From: Trichodelitschia bisporula
Lineage: Eukaryota
NCBI GenBank assembly: GCA_010356995.1
Contig: ML996698.1
Coordinates: forward strand, 245,923 to 309,922
Direction of reading: 5' to 3'
DNA: 64,000 nt
The position numbers were made by a program, and so were the translations under genes. Below are positions 1-13,520 of the stretch, one piece after another. Under the pieces are notes generated by a model. The model had not been told where the DNA came from, ran no database searches, and saw nothing but the letters and a program-made list of their open reading frames with translations. How positions within the stretch are numbered: the first letter of the stretch is position 1; each line of letters starts with the position of its first letter.

Positions 1-686
1 GGCGGGTTTGGAAGGCGCGAGGGCCTGAGGCATAAGGAGAGAAGATGGTAGGGGTCCAGCGGCGGTCTTGGAGGTAGGCGGAGGGAGGAATGAGGAGGTT
101 CTCGATGGGAATGTGGAGAGCGAGGGCTGAGAGGGAGGATGCTAGCTACCGTATTAGCATGCGATCACTCTTTCATACCGATACAAGGCCTACCGTGCAC
201 AATCTTCCGCCGAAATTTGGGGCTCACAACTGTCGAGAACATCTCCGCCAGTACGCGCACCCACGTGCGTTCATGGACAATATACAGCTTCTGTATGCGC
301 TTGCGCATCGCCCGCGACAGAACATGGTATGCCTGAATAAACCAACCCCAGCCTGGGCGGCTCTTCTTTGTTGAAGTGGCACCCTCAGCAGCCCCGCCAG
401 CGAAGAAGATGATCTCATATGCTGTCCCGCCAACTAAATCATCCTCGTCCGGCAGACGCGCAAGCACATACGGTAGCAGCGAGTCGTAGTCGACTTCGGA
501 GGTATCGGGTAGCGCGGCCGAGTCGAGGATGTAGACTTGGTGTCCGCTAGGCGACGGCAGCGGCGAACGGTACAGGATGCTCTCGGCCGCTTTCGCCATG
601 TCGGTCGAGTAGTCGGACGAGTGGGCCGGTGGAGGCACCGCGCTTATGTTTGAAGCTTGAGCGCGGTGGAGGAGGTGTGCACGCAT
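1..686 (-). CDS. Ecm25-like divergent CRAL-TRIO (Sec14-like) protein, probably RhoGAP-associated; 5' part only, runs off the window
   Basis: ATG at 686. Motifs YILDSAALPD, YEIIFFAGG, WFIQAYHVLSRAMRKRIQKLYIVH, SPKFRRKIVH. Removing intron 142-193 restores ASSLSALALHIPIENLLIPP. Confidence 0.75.
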
Positions 687-2142
687 GCCGGGTCTACGGA
701 GGTTAGCTTTGCGGGAGGCTGAAGCGAACATCGAGTGCAAACAAAGAACGGGATGATGAGCGCTAACGTCAAAAGAGATTGATGGGGAAACAGTAAGAAA
801 GAGAGTAAGAGAAAAGAGATGCTGACATACTTTGGAAGAATACTTGGTTAGGTGTTACACGGGGCGTGGCACGGTGTTGCTGGCAGACTGAGAGGCGCGG
901 AGTGGGGAGAGTTGAGCTGGCCGCGCTTCGTGATGCGGCCCGTGCGTCAGGTAAAGACACCGGCCGGGATTATGTCAGGCCGGGGGCGGGGCGCAAGGCT
1001 TAAACCCAATTCTAACTGCAGCTGCATAAATACCGTGCATTGAGCATTGTTGCAAGTATGGATGGTGAGTGAGCAGGTCCATTTAAAGCTATGTGCATCG
1101 GGTCCTCCAACACCCTAAAGCTCGAGAACGGTGCAAGGCTGACAAGGTTTGGCATCCAAATCAGGTCCTGAGTTGAAGTATCCAAGGCTTGCAACGCGCC
1201 CCAAATCCATCGTCACCTGCTCCGTTTCCTCCACAATCCATCCCATCCCACCTTTCCTGACGTCAGCTTCTGTAGCTAGATGTAAATATAAGCTGTAGTA
1301 TCATGCTAACTTTCCATAGCCGGCATCGATCTTGAGGTATCAGGATGTACATTTCTCACTGATCAACTGAAGCAAGCCAGGATCGCCCATGGGAACCCCT
1401 TGGGCATTATCATCCGCAATTAGGTGGAACAATGGGACACCATCGAGGATCCTTCCAAGATTTGCACGCAAACTCCAGCGCCATGAAGCCGGCACTCTTC
1501 AGCCTTCTCAAGTCCAACGCTTTTAGTATCATTGTGCAGCGCGTCATAGCCACAAGCAATCCAACCCCGTCAAGCCACATTTGAAGTCAAAACATCACAG
1601 CGTGCTTTTTGTTTGAGACGAGGTTTCGAACTCATCCTTCTTATTGGCTGCAGGCTTTATCCCTAGACCGTGCCCTGGCCGCCAGCTCAAATTGGGATGC
1701 GGTTGATATCGTTGATATCGGGGAACAAGCAACGACAGCTGCATGGAACTGCAGGAACAAATAAGACATGAGGTGTGCTCCGTTCAAGCGCCCGTCGTCA
1801 GGTCTTGGGAAAGAAATAACGGTGCTCTCGCTTTGCAGAGCGAATCAAGTTTATCCTTTAACCCCAGCCCACCAGCCCCGCCTCCCCTGTAGCTTGGCGA
1901 GGGGTTAGGAGGAGGTCCGTAGTGGCGCTGGCGGTGGCACAGGTCTCCTTCACTCTCTCTCGTCCCCATCCCTCATGACAAACACCTCCGCCGCACTCCT
2001 CTCGCAAACCCATGGACTCGAACTCAAGCAGCAACAATAGCCTCATCCTTCGCAGAGGTCGACTTCGCCCCTATGAACGCTTGCCTTAACGCTGCACCCT
2101 CGATTGCCTGACCGAGGCCTTGAATCCCCTCTCCTCGGCACC

Positions 2143-4935
2143 ATGGTGGACGATTCTATGGGCGGTCGCCAGCCCTCAGACGCGGATGTGATATCGCTTG
2201 CCCGTGAAGCCTTTGAGGCCTCGCGAAAAGTTCTGCGCCAGGCCGGTGACGGCTCCGCATCGTCGGAGATGCAGCAACCAGGCATCACGGTTGATCTCGG
2301 CCACAAGAACATTGCTCGGCTGCCGGACGAGGTCATAGACATCATCAAAGACGAAATCGAGCGGTATATTATTCAGTCCTCAGTGTATATCGTCTCTGAC
2401 TTTTCAGGCTTGCTATAGCTCACAACATGCTCTTTTCCTTCCCTCCCCGCCTTGCGGAGTGCAAACGCCTCCGCTACCTGAACGTACGCTACAATGCGCT
2501 CACAGAACTGCCGAAGCCGGTATGTGCTACGTTGTACGACCTCATTATGTGATCATACTGATGGCCAAGGTGCTGGAACTCGCGTCGCTCGAAATCCTCG
2601 ATATTAGCCGCAACCGCCTGCGCACGCTCCCGAGAGAAATCCGCAAGCTGACGTCGTTGAAAGTGCTCGCTATCCAGCGTAACGAAATCGAGAAGCTTCC
2701 TTTGTCTCTCGGCGAGATGAGCAGCCTGCGCGTTCTCAAGTTTGCCGATAATCCGCTCACCTTTCCTCCCCGAGAGGTTTACACTATGGCTCGCGATTTG
2801 CCTCCCACCGCTACGAGCGGCGAGCGCGAGGCACATGTCACATCAAAAGTAAAAAAGTTCCTTAAGCAACAAGCGCTAGCTGCTGCGGCGAGCAACCGTC
2901 AGCGCCTACAATTTGAGTCGGATTCAGAAATGAGTGAAGGTACCGCAGAAACGCCGCGTCCGCCGAAGCCGAACGGACGGTTTCCAGTACGGCCGAGCGT
3001 CAGTGGATCAGACGCCTTTGGCATGCTGTCGCGGTCTCCGGAATCGCCACCCCCGATTCCCATCCGGTCCCATGCGCGCATGACCTCGAGCCAGAATAGC
3101 TTCTCTTCCATCAGGCGTCCGACGCTACTCTCGCCTCCCGATGCTGGCCTGAACGGAATGGACCGCAAAATAGACACCGAGGACCGGGAGACAAACCTCA
3201 GACCCAACCCGAAGCGGCATGGCATGATCACACCCAGAGTGTCAGAGGCTCCAGTGAAGGGATTTCCCCTGGTCCGTACCCCTCCTGGTGTCAGTAGCAT
3301 GGACTTTGCGCGGTCGCCTCCTGCGTCGGGAACGGTCACACCTGCTACTTCTCCGCCATACGGCACCATAGCCTACGAGCAGCGTTACCCGGTAAAAGGG
3401 TTGATAGAAGCCGCGCGTGGTGTGTACACAGCACTTGTGCATTTCTCTCAGAACCTCGAGCGGCTCGGATACAATGTCGAATCGGCCGAACAAGGCCGCG
3501 CTTTCAGTCAACTCACCTCGCTCTTACGCGCCGCATTTCGCACCGCCGAAGCGCTCAATGGTCTGGAATCGCGGCGTGCCAGCACCCCCGTCGCCGGCTC
3601 CACCATGCGCGTCATGAAGAAGCATTTGCACGAGTATCTGCGTGATACTCAGGCCGTCGCTCGCTATGTCGCTCAGCACACCTGGCTTTTTTGCGTTCCG
3701 GCCACTCATGACTCCTACCGTTCCCTCATGTGGGATCTCCAGCGCGTTAACTGGGAAGCCATGATCACCAACGTCTCTCTCGCAACCGCGAAGCGCGCCC
3801 ACCGCACCGAAACCGGTGCCTTTGTCACGCCTCGCGCGCCGCGGAGATCTGTCCGTGCCGCATCTGCGCTGCGTCCCCGACCGGAGTTTCAACCTCCGGC
3901 GCCTACGCCGCTGACTGGCATTCGTAACACTCAACCTTCCCCGGACATTCTGCCCACGAACAGTCCCCAGTATTTGGCTGCGCTCAAGTCTGGACCGTCG
4001 ACCGTTAGCTCTGGCACCTCGACTCCTCAGTACCCAGGATACCCGCGGCGCACGCCTCGCACCAAGACCTCCCAGGGCCAGATCACGCAAGGATGGCAGA
4101 GCCAGCATAATCAGCTACTGGGGCGGCGGTTGGAAGATGTGCAAGCGGAGATGAGCGAGTCGGCCTACGAGCCAATATACCAGTCGCTGCGGGAGGTGGA
4201 GCTGCGTTGCAGAGAAGGGCTTGAGCGGATTAAGGCGCACTTTTTGGGGCAGCGACAGGAGCTGGCCAAGGGCTACAGGAATGATAGTGATGCACGGCGC
4301 GTGGTCATTTTGCAGGAGTTGGTCTCCCGCGCTGAGGCACTTATCCGCTCGTCGAATCACCTGAGCGAATTCTTGGACGACTTGCGCGATAACGCGTGGG
4401 CGGCGGGACCGCAGCTGAATCAGGTGTTCAAACAGCTGACAGAGGTATGTCTCTCCTACCCTCCCCCCTTTCTTTACTAACATGACCCCAGGAATGGTCC
4501 AGCTTCATCGAAGTCAGCAAAACCCTCGGCTCCTCCCAAACCCTCGGCGACATCAAAGCCCTAATGAAGCACATCCACATCGCCGTGAAAGAGGCCTCAG
4601 TGCGCATCACCAACTCGCCCTGGGCCGCCGGCGACGCATCCAAGGCGCCCTCCGTAAGGGAAGTCCCCTTCTCGCCCTCCGCCTCCTCCTTCATCTCCTC
4701 CCTCTCCGGCTCCATGTCCGGAAACCTTCCCCCGCCGCACATGCCGCACAACAAGCAGGGTTCATTGGGATCTGTACCGTCGACGCCGTTGGGCGCGGCG
4801 CTCGGCCCGGCTGCTTTGGCTACGCTCCCGAATTCGCAGGCCGTGAGGAGTAATGCCCAGGCAGGCGTGGGTGGGAAGATGAATGTTTTTGAGCGCGCGG
4901 AGAGGCTCTTGACGAGCCAGCAGAGGAGATATTAG
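2143..4935 (+). CDS. SOG2: RAM signalling network leucine-rich-repeat protein Sog2 (about 3 introns)
   Basis: DLGHKNIARLPDEVIDIIKDEIER, then LRRs (LEILDISRNRLRTLP, LKVLAIQRNEIEKLP, LRVLKFADNPL), GRFPVRPS, and C-terminal TPLGAALGPAA...NVFERAERLL. Confidence 0.85.
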
Positions 4936-5516
4936 GGGTCTGACAGCGGATGATGGCTCGAGGTCGACTGACGGTACGCACAACTGACGGATGATCGGAT
5001 TCCTTGGATCCGCCTCGGAGCCGTTGGCACCCCGATTCGACTTATCCTTAGCTGCCTGCCTTTGTTGCGGCGCGCAGCAAATTGCGTTGACAATGCGGTC
5101 GCGCCAGAAGTCGCGTGGCCAGGTCGCAACGCTCGGAGATATCCCAATAACCTTCCACGCCATATTACAGGAACGAGCGATGCCTGGATATTGGCAATGT
5201 ATCACTGTTAGACGGTCATGTGTACGAATATGTTTTCGGGCGTGTCTTAGAAGATAGCGCGGCGTTGGGATAGCATTTACCGGCGCTGAACATTGGATAG
5301 GCACGTAATTCACCAGGATGATGTCTTCACGCACTCATGAACCTGGCACCCTTCAGCATCAGCAGCGAACCGCCATGACTCTTGTCCGTTGCTCTACCAG
5401 CCTAGCCTATATGATCCTCCCACGCCTCAGTGGTTCAGAAGTACAGAGATATGACGCCGGCCCAGCAAAGATGCGCAAAGACAAAAAGAACTCGTCGGTC
5501 TTGGATTTTAACGCGC

Positions 5517-5962
5517 TTAGTCGAACAGCCCGAAGCCCATATCCTCGTCCGACTCCTCCTTCTCCTCTTCCTTCTCCTCCTCCTTGGCCGCCTCGGGCGT
5601 CGCGTCCGTCGCGCCGCCGGTAGCACCACCGCCCGGAGCAGCAGCCGCGCCACCGCCGGATCCCACGTTCAGGAGCAGGTCCTTGACATCACGGCCATCG
5701 AGCGCCTGGGAGGGGGGTTAGATGCGTTTGGACTCAATGTAATGCGGGCACGCATACCTTGGCGAAGAGCGATGCCCAGATGGGCTCAACACCTTCTACA
5801 CCCGCGGCCTTGATCAGAGTCTGGAGCTTGTCGGCCTGGTAGGTTGATTAGCCAATTTGTGCGGAAAAGGTGGGGGTATCGCGGGAAACTCACAGTGATG
5901 TCGACGCCGTCATCCGCGAGGATGAGGGCCGCGTAGGACGTCGCAAGCTCGGAGGTAGACAT
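5517..5962 (-). CDS. RPP1: 60S acidic ribosomal protein P1 (2 introns)
   Basis: Spliced translation [66 protein letters not shown]...[17 protein letters not shown]. Confidence 0.97.
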
Positions 5963-6377
5963 TTGCGAACAGCTGTTCTGTGTTTGCTAGAGGTGGGGGG
6001 CACGATCGAAGGGGGATGTCGCTGCTGGAGACGAGGGAGTTTTGTTGCCGCGAGTCGAGAGATGGCAGATATTGGTGTGTGGTTGGCGTGTTTGCCGATA
6101 ATCTTGGCGCGGCCGGGTCAGCTTTCTTCCGGTGGATTTCGGGAAGGGAGGGGTTTGTGGCGCTAATGGCGTGTGGCGTGCAGAGTGCCTGGGCTTTGTG
6201 CCTCGGGCACTCATAAGGCAATCGGCACCCCGCACAAAGGGCAGCGGGGCCCCGGGGACGACATGGACAAACGCATCATCGCGACGAGAACAGACGCTGA
6301 GCCTATTCCACTATTTGGTTTTGAACCCACGAACTCCAACATTGCCTTCAACGGAGAATTGCCGAAACTGCACCGAT

Positions 6378-8157
6378 ATGACCGATTCCCCGCGCCTCCG
6401 GCTGCCGCTCCCGTCCGGCGAGGAGGGCATCCATGCGGCGCTGTTGGAGACACGCATGCGACTGGAGCTGTTGAAGACGGATCGAACGAGCTACGTCAAG
6501 AGTGAAGATGTGCTGGAGTTGTATCATGGGGTGATGGAGCAGGTGCATGCGCTCAACCGTATACGGGCGGATAGGCGCGGAGAACAGAATCGCGGTGTGT
6601 AGGCTGATACGAGGCTAAGGCCGCCGGTATGCTGATACGAAGGGCAGTGGACGTTGTACTGGACGATTGCTTCCAGCTCATCTCCCTCGCTTTCATGACG
6701 ATTGGAAAGAATAATGAGGCACCGGCCATGTAAGTAAGCCCAGTGCCTGTGTAGCCGCGGCTCAATAACCGCCCAGCTACTCCGTCGTCTCTACCATCAA
6801 GGTAACGCATCCGTGTCTTTTCTCTTCTCCCGCTAATGATCCGCAGCGCCTACTCGATCATCTCACCGAAGCAGCATTCTACTCTAACAAGGACCTCGAA
6901 TCTATTACGAGGCACCTCGACGACTTCCGCAAGACAATATCGCGCGGCCGCAACCGCCACGATCCTGAGTTCACCACCCTGCTCGAGGCGCGCATTGGGG
7001 TGTGCCATGAGATTCTGGCCAAGCTGCGGAAGGTGCTTAGTCAGTTGACGCCGGAGCTAACACCGCTGTATGAGCAGTTGGTGTCGATATTGCGGTCGCT
7101 GTCTGCGGCGAATACCCGGTCTCGGGTAGGTCATATGTCTCGGCATGTAACGAGCGGTTGGGGCTGACGGCTCTAGTTCCCGAAAGAGGACGTCGCGGCC
7201 ATGCGCCAGAACCTGCAGGACATCAAAGAAAAGTTCCCGGTCATCTGCGCGGATGACAACCGTTCGCTTGAGGAGCGCTACGCAGAGAAGGTCCACCAAG
7301 CAGAAGGACTGGAGTCGGCATCGGCGGAGCAGCTGGTCTCTGATCTCCTAACCCGGTGTCTGCTCTGGATCGAGATTATTCAGCAGCAGTACGTCCCCAG
7401 ACCCCGAACTAAGAAATAGAGAAAGGCTAATGCAGCCAGGCCCGGCAAAATCAACGAAAGCTTCCGGCCCACGTACAGCAAGCTTCTCAAGATCCGTAAT
7501 GACCTCGAGAGCCGCTCGCTGCTGCAGGCCTGGTCGCTGCGTGAAACTGACCTGTACGATTATCAGCGGCGGTTGGACGCTATTGATCAGGAACGCACAC
7601 CGGACGGCAATTTCCTTGACCCTGAGGGCAACCCGGCGGATATCCAAACACAGCGGGTTGGTTTGCTTCCATTGTGGGTATGGGCTTGGCTAATTGACAG
7701 ACCCTGCTGTATCTCCTCCGCAAGAGCTACGCCCTCATCTACCACCTCCTCACATCCTCTGAGCCGGTCTCCGAGGCCCTCTTGCCAATCTACAACCAGC
7801 TCAAGACGCTCAAGCGCTGTCTCGAGGAGGTGTACCGCGCGGGCGGCGTGTCGTCGCCGCGGGAGCTGTACCCGTACAACATGAAGGTAGCCACTTCTTC
7901 CCCCTACAGATTTCATAGAACCGTCCTGACACCACCAGCTTACATCCATCGACAACATGCGCGTCGACGGCAAATTCATGATCGGCGCCGATATCCCCGA
8001 CGGCCAGGCGGCGCTCACGCAGCTGCTGGAAGAGTGCTTTGAGATCATGTTCAAGCTGAGGGAAACGGCGGACGAAGCCGAGGAGCGGGCCGAGGCGGGT
8101 GCGGAAGAGCCTACGATCGGCGGCGTAAACAGCGGCGGGCAGCATATTTCGGTATAA
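6378..8157 (+). CDS. DUF2408 / UPF0662 (Cub1/YPL260W-like) conserved fungal protein, multi-exon
   Basis: LELLKTDRTSYVKSEDV, VLDDCFQLISLAFMTIGKNNEAP, QAWSLRETDLYDYQ, SEPVSEALLPIYNQLKTLKRCL, RELYPYNMK, DNMRVDGKF; several short GT-AG introns. Confidence 0.85.
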
Positions 8158-8289
8158 GTGGTGGGTTCAGTGGCATGCAGAGCTGGTTTCTTTATGGCAC
8201 ATTTTGTTATGGGTGTAGTTTAGTGGTTTAGACGGCGACTATGCAGTAATGTGCGTGGGTGCGGACGTGGGGTGGGGAGAGTACTGCAG

Positions 8290-8932
8290 CTAGCGGGTTA
8301 ATTCGTCGACTTGTATACTACGCAACACGTTTTCTGCCTCCTCTGGTTCTTCGGAGATGGCGTCGGCGTCGACAAATGTGAGCCGCGCGCCGTAGGATAT
8401 ACCTGGACTTGTAAGTGTGGGAGGGGGGATGCTAGAAGCACGTACACAGTTCCTCCCCTGTGGCGATATCTCGCGCCGCCCGGTACGTCACCGTGCCGCG
8501 AGCCACATCCCGCGTCCAGACTACGTTTTGATCCCGCGAGGAGTGGTTGAATAGCGAGCCGAGGCCGAGGACGACGGCTTGGAGGGGTTGGGAGGGCGCC
8601 GAAGCGGCATCGGAAGTGGGCGCGGGCCAGTTACTGCCGGCGTGAGTGGCGGGTGAAGGTGAGGGTATGGGCGTACTATGTGTAGTGGTAGAGCACTGTG
8701 TGCTTGATGTGGGCTTCGTTGTCGGTTGGACTGAGGACCAGGACCGGGTTCGTGTCTATATGGGTGCCGCGCGGAATTGGGACCATGGTAAAGACGCCGC
8801 GACCTACGAGGTCAGCAGTGGGCCGGTGGTGAGAGGCGGTCGGGGAGGTGATGTACCTTTGGGTGTGTCCGACACCAGTACCAGGCCTGGGAGGCGCGAT
8901 AGTGGCACAGCGTCCTCGAAACTCACAGCCAT
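8290..8932 (-). CDS. Small SET-domain lysine methyltransferase (S. pombe Set7-like), 4 exons
   Basis: Exons 8932-8857, 8803-8677, 8633-8446 and 8402-8290 give ...TPKGRGVF...IPRGTHIDTNPVLVL...LYHYTYNWP...LGLGSLFNHS...RDIATGEELCISYG, containing the SET motifs GRG, NHS and EELxISY. Confidence 0.9.
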
Positions 8933-9121
8933 CGCGGCGTATCCAGATCTAAACGGACAGCAGAAACGATCGCGGTCACGATAGCGGAAACGCAAAACAC
9001 ACATCCCGGCCCTGCCGCGCCCAGCCGCGGAGCCGCGCAGGGATCCCGCTCCACGCGCCACACCTCCGCAACCTCTTGCGGCAGCAACCTGGCCGACGTC
9101 AGCGGACCTGCATCGCTAGCA

Positions 9122-10224
9122 ATGTCCCGCGCGCGCGCTCCCTCCGTGGGCGAGAGCCTCAAGACGCCGCATAGTGTGAGCTTGAAAGTCCTGCGGTATT
9201 CTCCCTCCCTCCCCTCCCCTCTCACCCATCACTCCCGCCTTCTCTCCCTCTCTTCCTAGCTACCACCCGCTAACACGCCCAGTCTCTCCCGCCCCTCCCT
9301 GGCTCCACAGACGCCCCTCCCCCCCGACTCCTCCTCGCCGCTCGGGCTACACTTCTCCGCGCACGCCTCGCGGGCCGATCCTAGCGGCAGCAGTATTAGG
9401 GATGGGTTTGGGGTTGGGCTTGCGCCTGCGCTGCTGCTGCCGGAGAGCTTTGGCGGGGCGTATGTTGGGGAGACGTTTGCTTGCGCTTTGGCGGCGAATA
9501 ATGAGGTTCCCTCTGGGGACCCGCGGGAGGTTAGTGGGTTGAAGGTGGTGGCCGAGATACAAACCCCGGGAGCTGCGGCGGGGACGTGGGTGGGCGTTGG
9601 GTTGGAAGGGGAGCATGAGGGCGAGGAGGGGTTCGAGCCCGGGGCGAGCAGGCAGTGGATCTTAAGGCTGGCGCTGAAGGAGGAGGGACAGCATACGCTG
9701 GGGGTTACGGTGACGTATACCGAGACGGGCGCGGCGGGCGAGGCGCGGACGCGGAGTTTCAGGAAGTTATACCAGTTCGCGGCGACGAATCTTGTGGGTG
9801 TGCGGACGAAGGCGGGGGATTTGCCACCTCGTGCCGGGAGGGGGAGGTATGCGCTTGAGGCGCAGTTGGAGAATTTGGGGGAGAGGGGGGTGGCGATTGA
9901 GGTATGTTCACGTATCCCTCTCTTTTCATTATGCCGGACTAAAGCCCACAGTCTGTGAGCGTGGCTCCCCGCCCGCCTTTTACGAGTACGTCGCTCAATT
10001 GGGATGTGGCAGGCGACGCTGCGCGCGCGCCGGTGCTTAATCCGCACGATGTGTACCAGGTTGCGTTTATACTTGAGGAAGGGGAGGAGAAGAAGGGTGA
10101 GGACGAGGAGCAAACTCCCGCCGGTGGGAAGCTTGTCCTGGGCCAGTTGCATATCCAGTGGCGTGGGTCGATGGGGGATCGGGGGACATTGACGACGGGG
10201 TGGTTGACTGGGCGGCGGCGGTAG
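9122..10224 (+). CDS. TRAPPC13: TRAPP complex subunit 13 (DUF974 / Trs65-like), 2 introns
   Basis: HSVSLKVLR|LSRPSL, LLLPESFGGAYVGETFAC, LKEEGQHTLGVTVTY, RSFRKLYQF, LEAQLEN, LGQLHIQWRGSMGDRGTLTTGWL. Confidence 0.9.
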
Positions 10225-12814
10225 GTGTGGGTTAGAGGAGGAGTGTGAGGCATCGGTTTACAATAGACGGACGGGCAACGCCTATCCGTCTGGAAGGCAG
10301 AAGCGAACCGGCCTGCGGATATCACCTGCGTACCGCGTACCCGTTCCACAAGCTAGCCGATAACCGTTGGCCGAGCGCGGTATGCAGGGTCTTGCCGGCA
10401 GGGTAGGATACGGGCGGGATGCCGATGGGCATGGGTGCCGGTACGGGACCCTCGGTGTGGGGGTGGTCGTGGTTGTGGTCTGGAGGCCAGGCGGAGGTTG
10501 GGATTGGGCCGGGAAGGGCGAGTCAGATGCGACAAGGTGCGGGGAGGGGTGGGGTCCGGAGCTGGGAAGGAAGGGACGTTGCATCGCGATTCCCTGCTCG
10601 ATTGCCTACTCGAGAAGGGAATTACATCACCGCGATTCAATTGCGGGGTAAAGAGGGAAACACGAAGGATGCGTCTGGGGAAGCATTGCGGGGTATAAAT
10701 GTGGGGGTTTAACTTGGGAATTCAACTTCTCCATCACGAAGCCACTTCATCAACTTTTTTCTGCTCATACAACCAAAGCTCTCGAATCTGAACATTCGAG
10801 CTCTCTCTGCTCCACCAAACCCAGCGGCTTGACCCATACAATTTTCACAGTTACTAACAACAGCAAACACCGGCAACTTCGCCAACCGCCGGTGGGCATG
10901 GCGACGGGCGGGCGGGCGGGCGGGCGTAGTTACGGCGAGAAGCGAGAGGTCAGCATAATCAGCATCGTCATCATAGCGGGATATTAACCACACTCCCGTC
11001 CACAAGCACACAAAACGCGCATACGCACGTAAACACGCACACACGTGTCCCATACCCAGCGACTCGGCTATTTCCATTTGGCGATATTGGAACCATCTTA
11101 CGACAGTACCTTTGCTACGGGCCCAGCGATAGTGCTGTCCCGTGTGTGAGCAGGACGCGCAGTCCGGCCCGAGGCTTGGTACTTCAGCGGCAGCCGATAC
11201 TTTCAACATTTGGAGCGGTTCGGTGGCATGGCGATGCTCGTTGGATAGCACAATGCCATATCCCGGTTGCGCATCGGACTCGGCTTCAGGCCATGTCCTC
11301 GTTCGCCAACCGCTCCACCAAGTCCACCGCGGCTGACGCCAGGCACCATTCAACAACCCCGGCCCCTGCGCGTGTCCGGCCCCGCACGTCTCGAGGCGAG
11401 CCTTGGCGCGGGGGCATTATCTGGGGAAAAACTCAAATCTTTCCCATATGGCCCGTATGCCCGTGCTGATATACCATAGCCACGGAGATCGACAGTTTCG
11501 ACGTTACATATGCGGGGACGGTGGACGGAAAAGTGGGTCGGGCGGGTGTGCTTACGGTACCGCAGTATCTCGAGGAAGGGCAATCATGGAAGTAACATAT
11601 GAGGGGAATTGTGGTGGTGAGAAGAAAGGCCGGAGACTTCATGCCCCACCCCCGTCGTCCCAAGCCCCGCGGCTCCAATCCCCGATCCGGCCTAACCAGA
11701 GATACGACTGGCGCCTGCGCGTCGCTAGCTCGCAAGGGAAAAACTCAGAGCCGCGGAGGCGATACGGCCGGGGGGGCATATCGTGGAGAGCTGGGCTTTA
11801 CGAGGTTTCGATATCAGCCCAGCGCCGACGCAACGATGTTAACATACTGTGGCAGTGAGTGCTGGATGTGGAGTAACGGAGCAGTAACCGGCCGGAGCCT
11901 CGCCCGCGATAGCTGTACACGGCTGGAGGCGTGCCCGTTGTGCCCCCAGACGGCTGAAGCCGTGAGACAGGCGTGGCGGGCCGTGGCCGTTGGGAAAAGG
12001 AAGTTCACATGCGTGGAGAAACGAAACAGTGAAAACGCGCGATGCGCGATCGGCCCGTCGAGGCAAGCGCAGGGTCTGGCGCGCTTGGCCTCGCCAGCCC
12101 GCGACAGCCACCCCGGATTTTTGCGAATGGTGGACAAGGGCGGAGTGGGTTGCATATGCAGTGTGCATGCATGGGCTCAGGGGGATAGGGAGGCGGTGGA
12201 TGTTCTGTGTCCATATGTTGCGCTGTGCTTGTGAGGTTGCCGACGGCGGAGGGAGGAAGAGAAGAGTTCTGTCAGTGATAGCGAGATAGGTAGGCGTTGA
12301 AGGGCCTGGTACAGGCACGGATTGGACGGGGAAGAGAACGGGCGGGGAGGGTTTGCGGCGCTGCGAGCTGTGCAGTTCACTCCCGGTATGCGTAGAAAGT
12401 GTGGAGGGCTGAACGGAGATTCAGTCCTCCTCCCCCGGGCCCTAGTCGGGATGGTGATAGCAATTGATACTTTGCGGGGGCTGTAAATAGAAAAGAGAGG
12501 GCTGGAATTGTTTTTCTTCCTGGGATTATGGCGATGGCTTCTCCCGTGAAGATGGAGAGTGGTATGTAGTTACATCTAGTTAAATGTGGGCGTCTAGATG
12601 ATCCGCTTGCGCATTCCGCACGCGTCGCCACCTGGTCCTGGCCCCTGGGGCCTAGTGCGTCGGCTACGCTGGTGCGTGGGAGCTGGATCATGGTGAGGCT
12701 CGCGCTCAAGTGCACGCTATGCCGCTTGTGAGGATGGAGATGCTGGGAGGTTAGAGGGGCTAAGAGTGGGCGTGGAAGGATTTCTTGGGGAGACAATTGG
12801 AGGATGGCAAGGCC

Positions 12815-12975
12815 AGAGAAGAAGAAGACGAAGCAGAGGACGAAGCAGATGAAGAAGAAGAAGCAGACGAAGAAGAAGAAGCAGAGGACGAAGCAGACGA
12901 AGAAGTAGAAGAAGCAGAGGACGAAGCAGACGAAGAAGAAGAAGAAGAAGAAGAAGAAGAAGAAGAGGACGAAAC
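12815..12975. repeat. Imperfect (GAA/GAC/GCA)n purine-rich trinucleotide repeat
   Basis: Runs of gaagaagaa interspersed with gacgaagca, seen directly. Confidence 0.9.
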
Positions 12976-13238
12976 AGAGTGCAACAGGAGATTTGTCAAC
13001 GGTTTTGCCCTGTATGTACTCGTGTCCACTTTGTGAGCTTGCGGCCCGTTTCTATCAAAAGAATCGGCACGTGAAGAGCGAGACAGAGACGGAACCGAAG
13101 AGAGCGGGAGAAAGATATTGCTAGTATTTCTGTGCAGAGGGAAGAAGCGCCGCAGCAGAGGGCTGAAAGTGAGTGAGAGTGAGAGCGGCAGAGAAAAAGT
13201 GCCAAAGCATCAACCACAACATCTCCTCTCTTTTTCTC

Positions 13239-13241
<3 letters not shown>

Positions 13242-13283
<42 letters not shown>

Positions 13284-13292
13284 CTCTCCCTC
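13242..13292. repeat. (CT)n microsatellite
   Basis: Seen directly. Confidence 0.95.
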
Positions 13293-13483
13293 AATCGACA
13301 AATATTTCCATTCTTTGCTTCGAACTCCGACAATCCCATCCTCTATCGTCAACCAGACATCAGCAACCATAAACCCCATTCTGTCGCAACACATTGCGCT
13401 CAACAAACTACCCGCTTTTATTTCCCATCTCTCCAGCAAACCCCGAACCCTCTCCCACACACACCCTTCACACCCCCCTCCCC

Positions 13484-13520
13484 CACCACCACCACCACCA
13501 CCACCACCACCTCCACCAGC
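13484..13520. repeat. (CCA)n microsatellite
   Basis: Seen directly. Confidence 0.9.

Noticed and set aside
9976..9984. GCCTTTTAC (U5 snRNA loop motif)
   Set aside because: It lies inside the TRAPPC13 CDS with no U5 stem or Sm site.
12760..13036. Poly-Glu and poly-Ser ORFs
   Set aside because: They are translations of a trinucleotide repeat, with no supporting gene structure.
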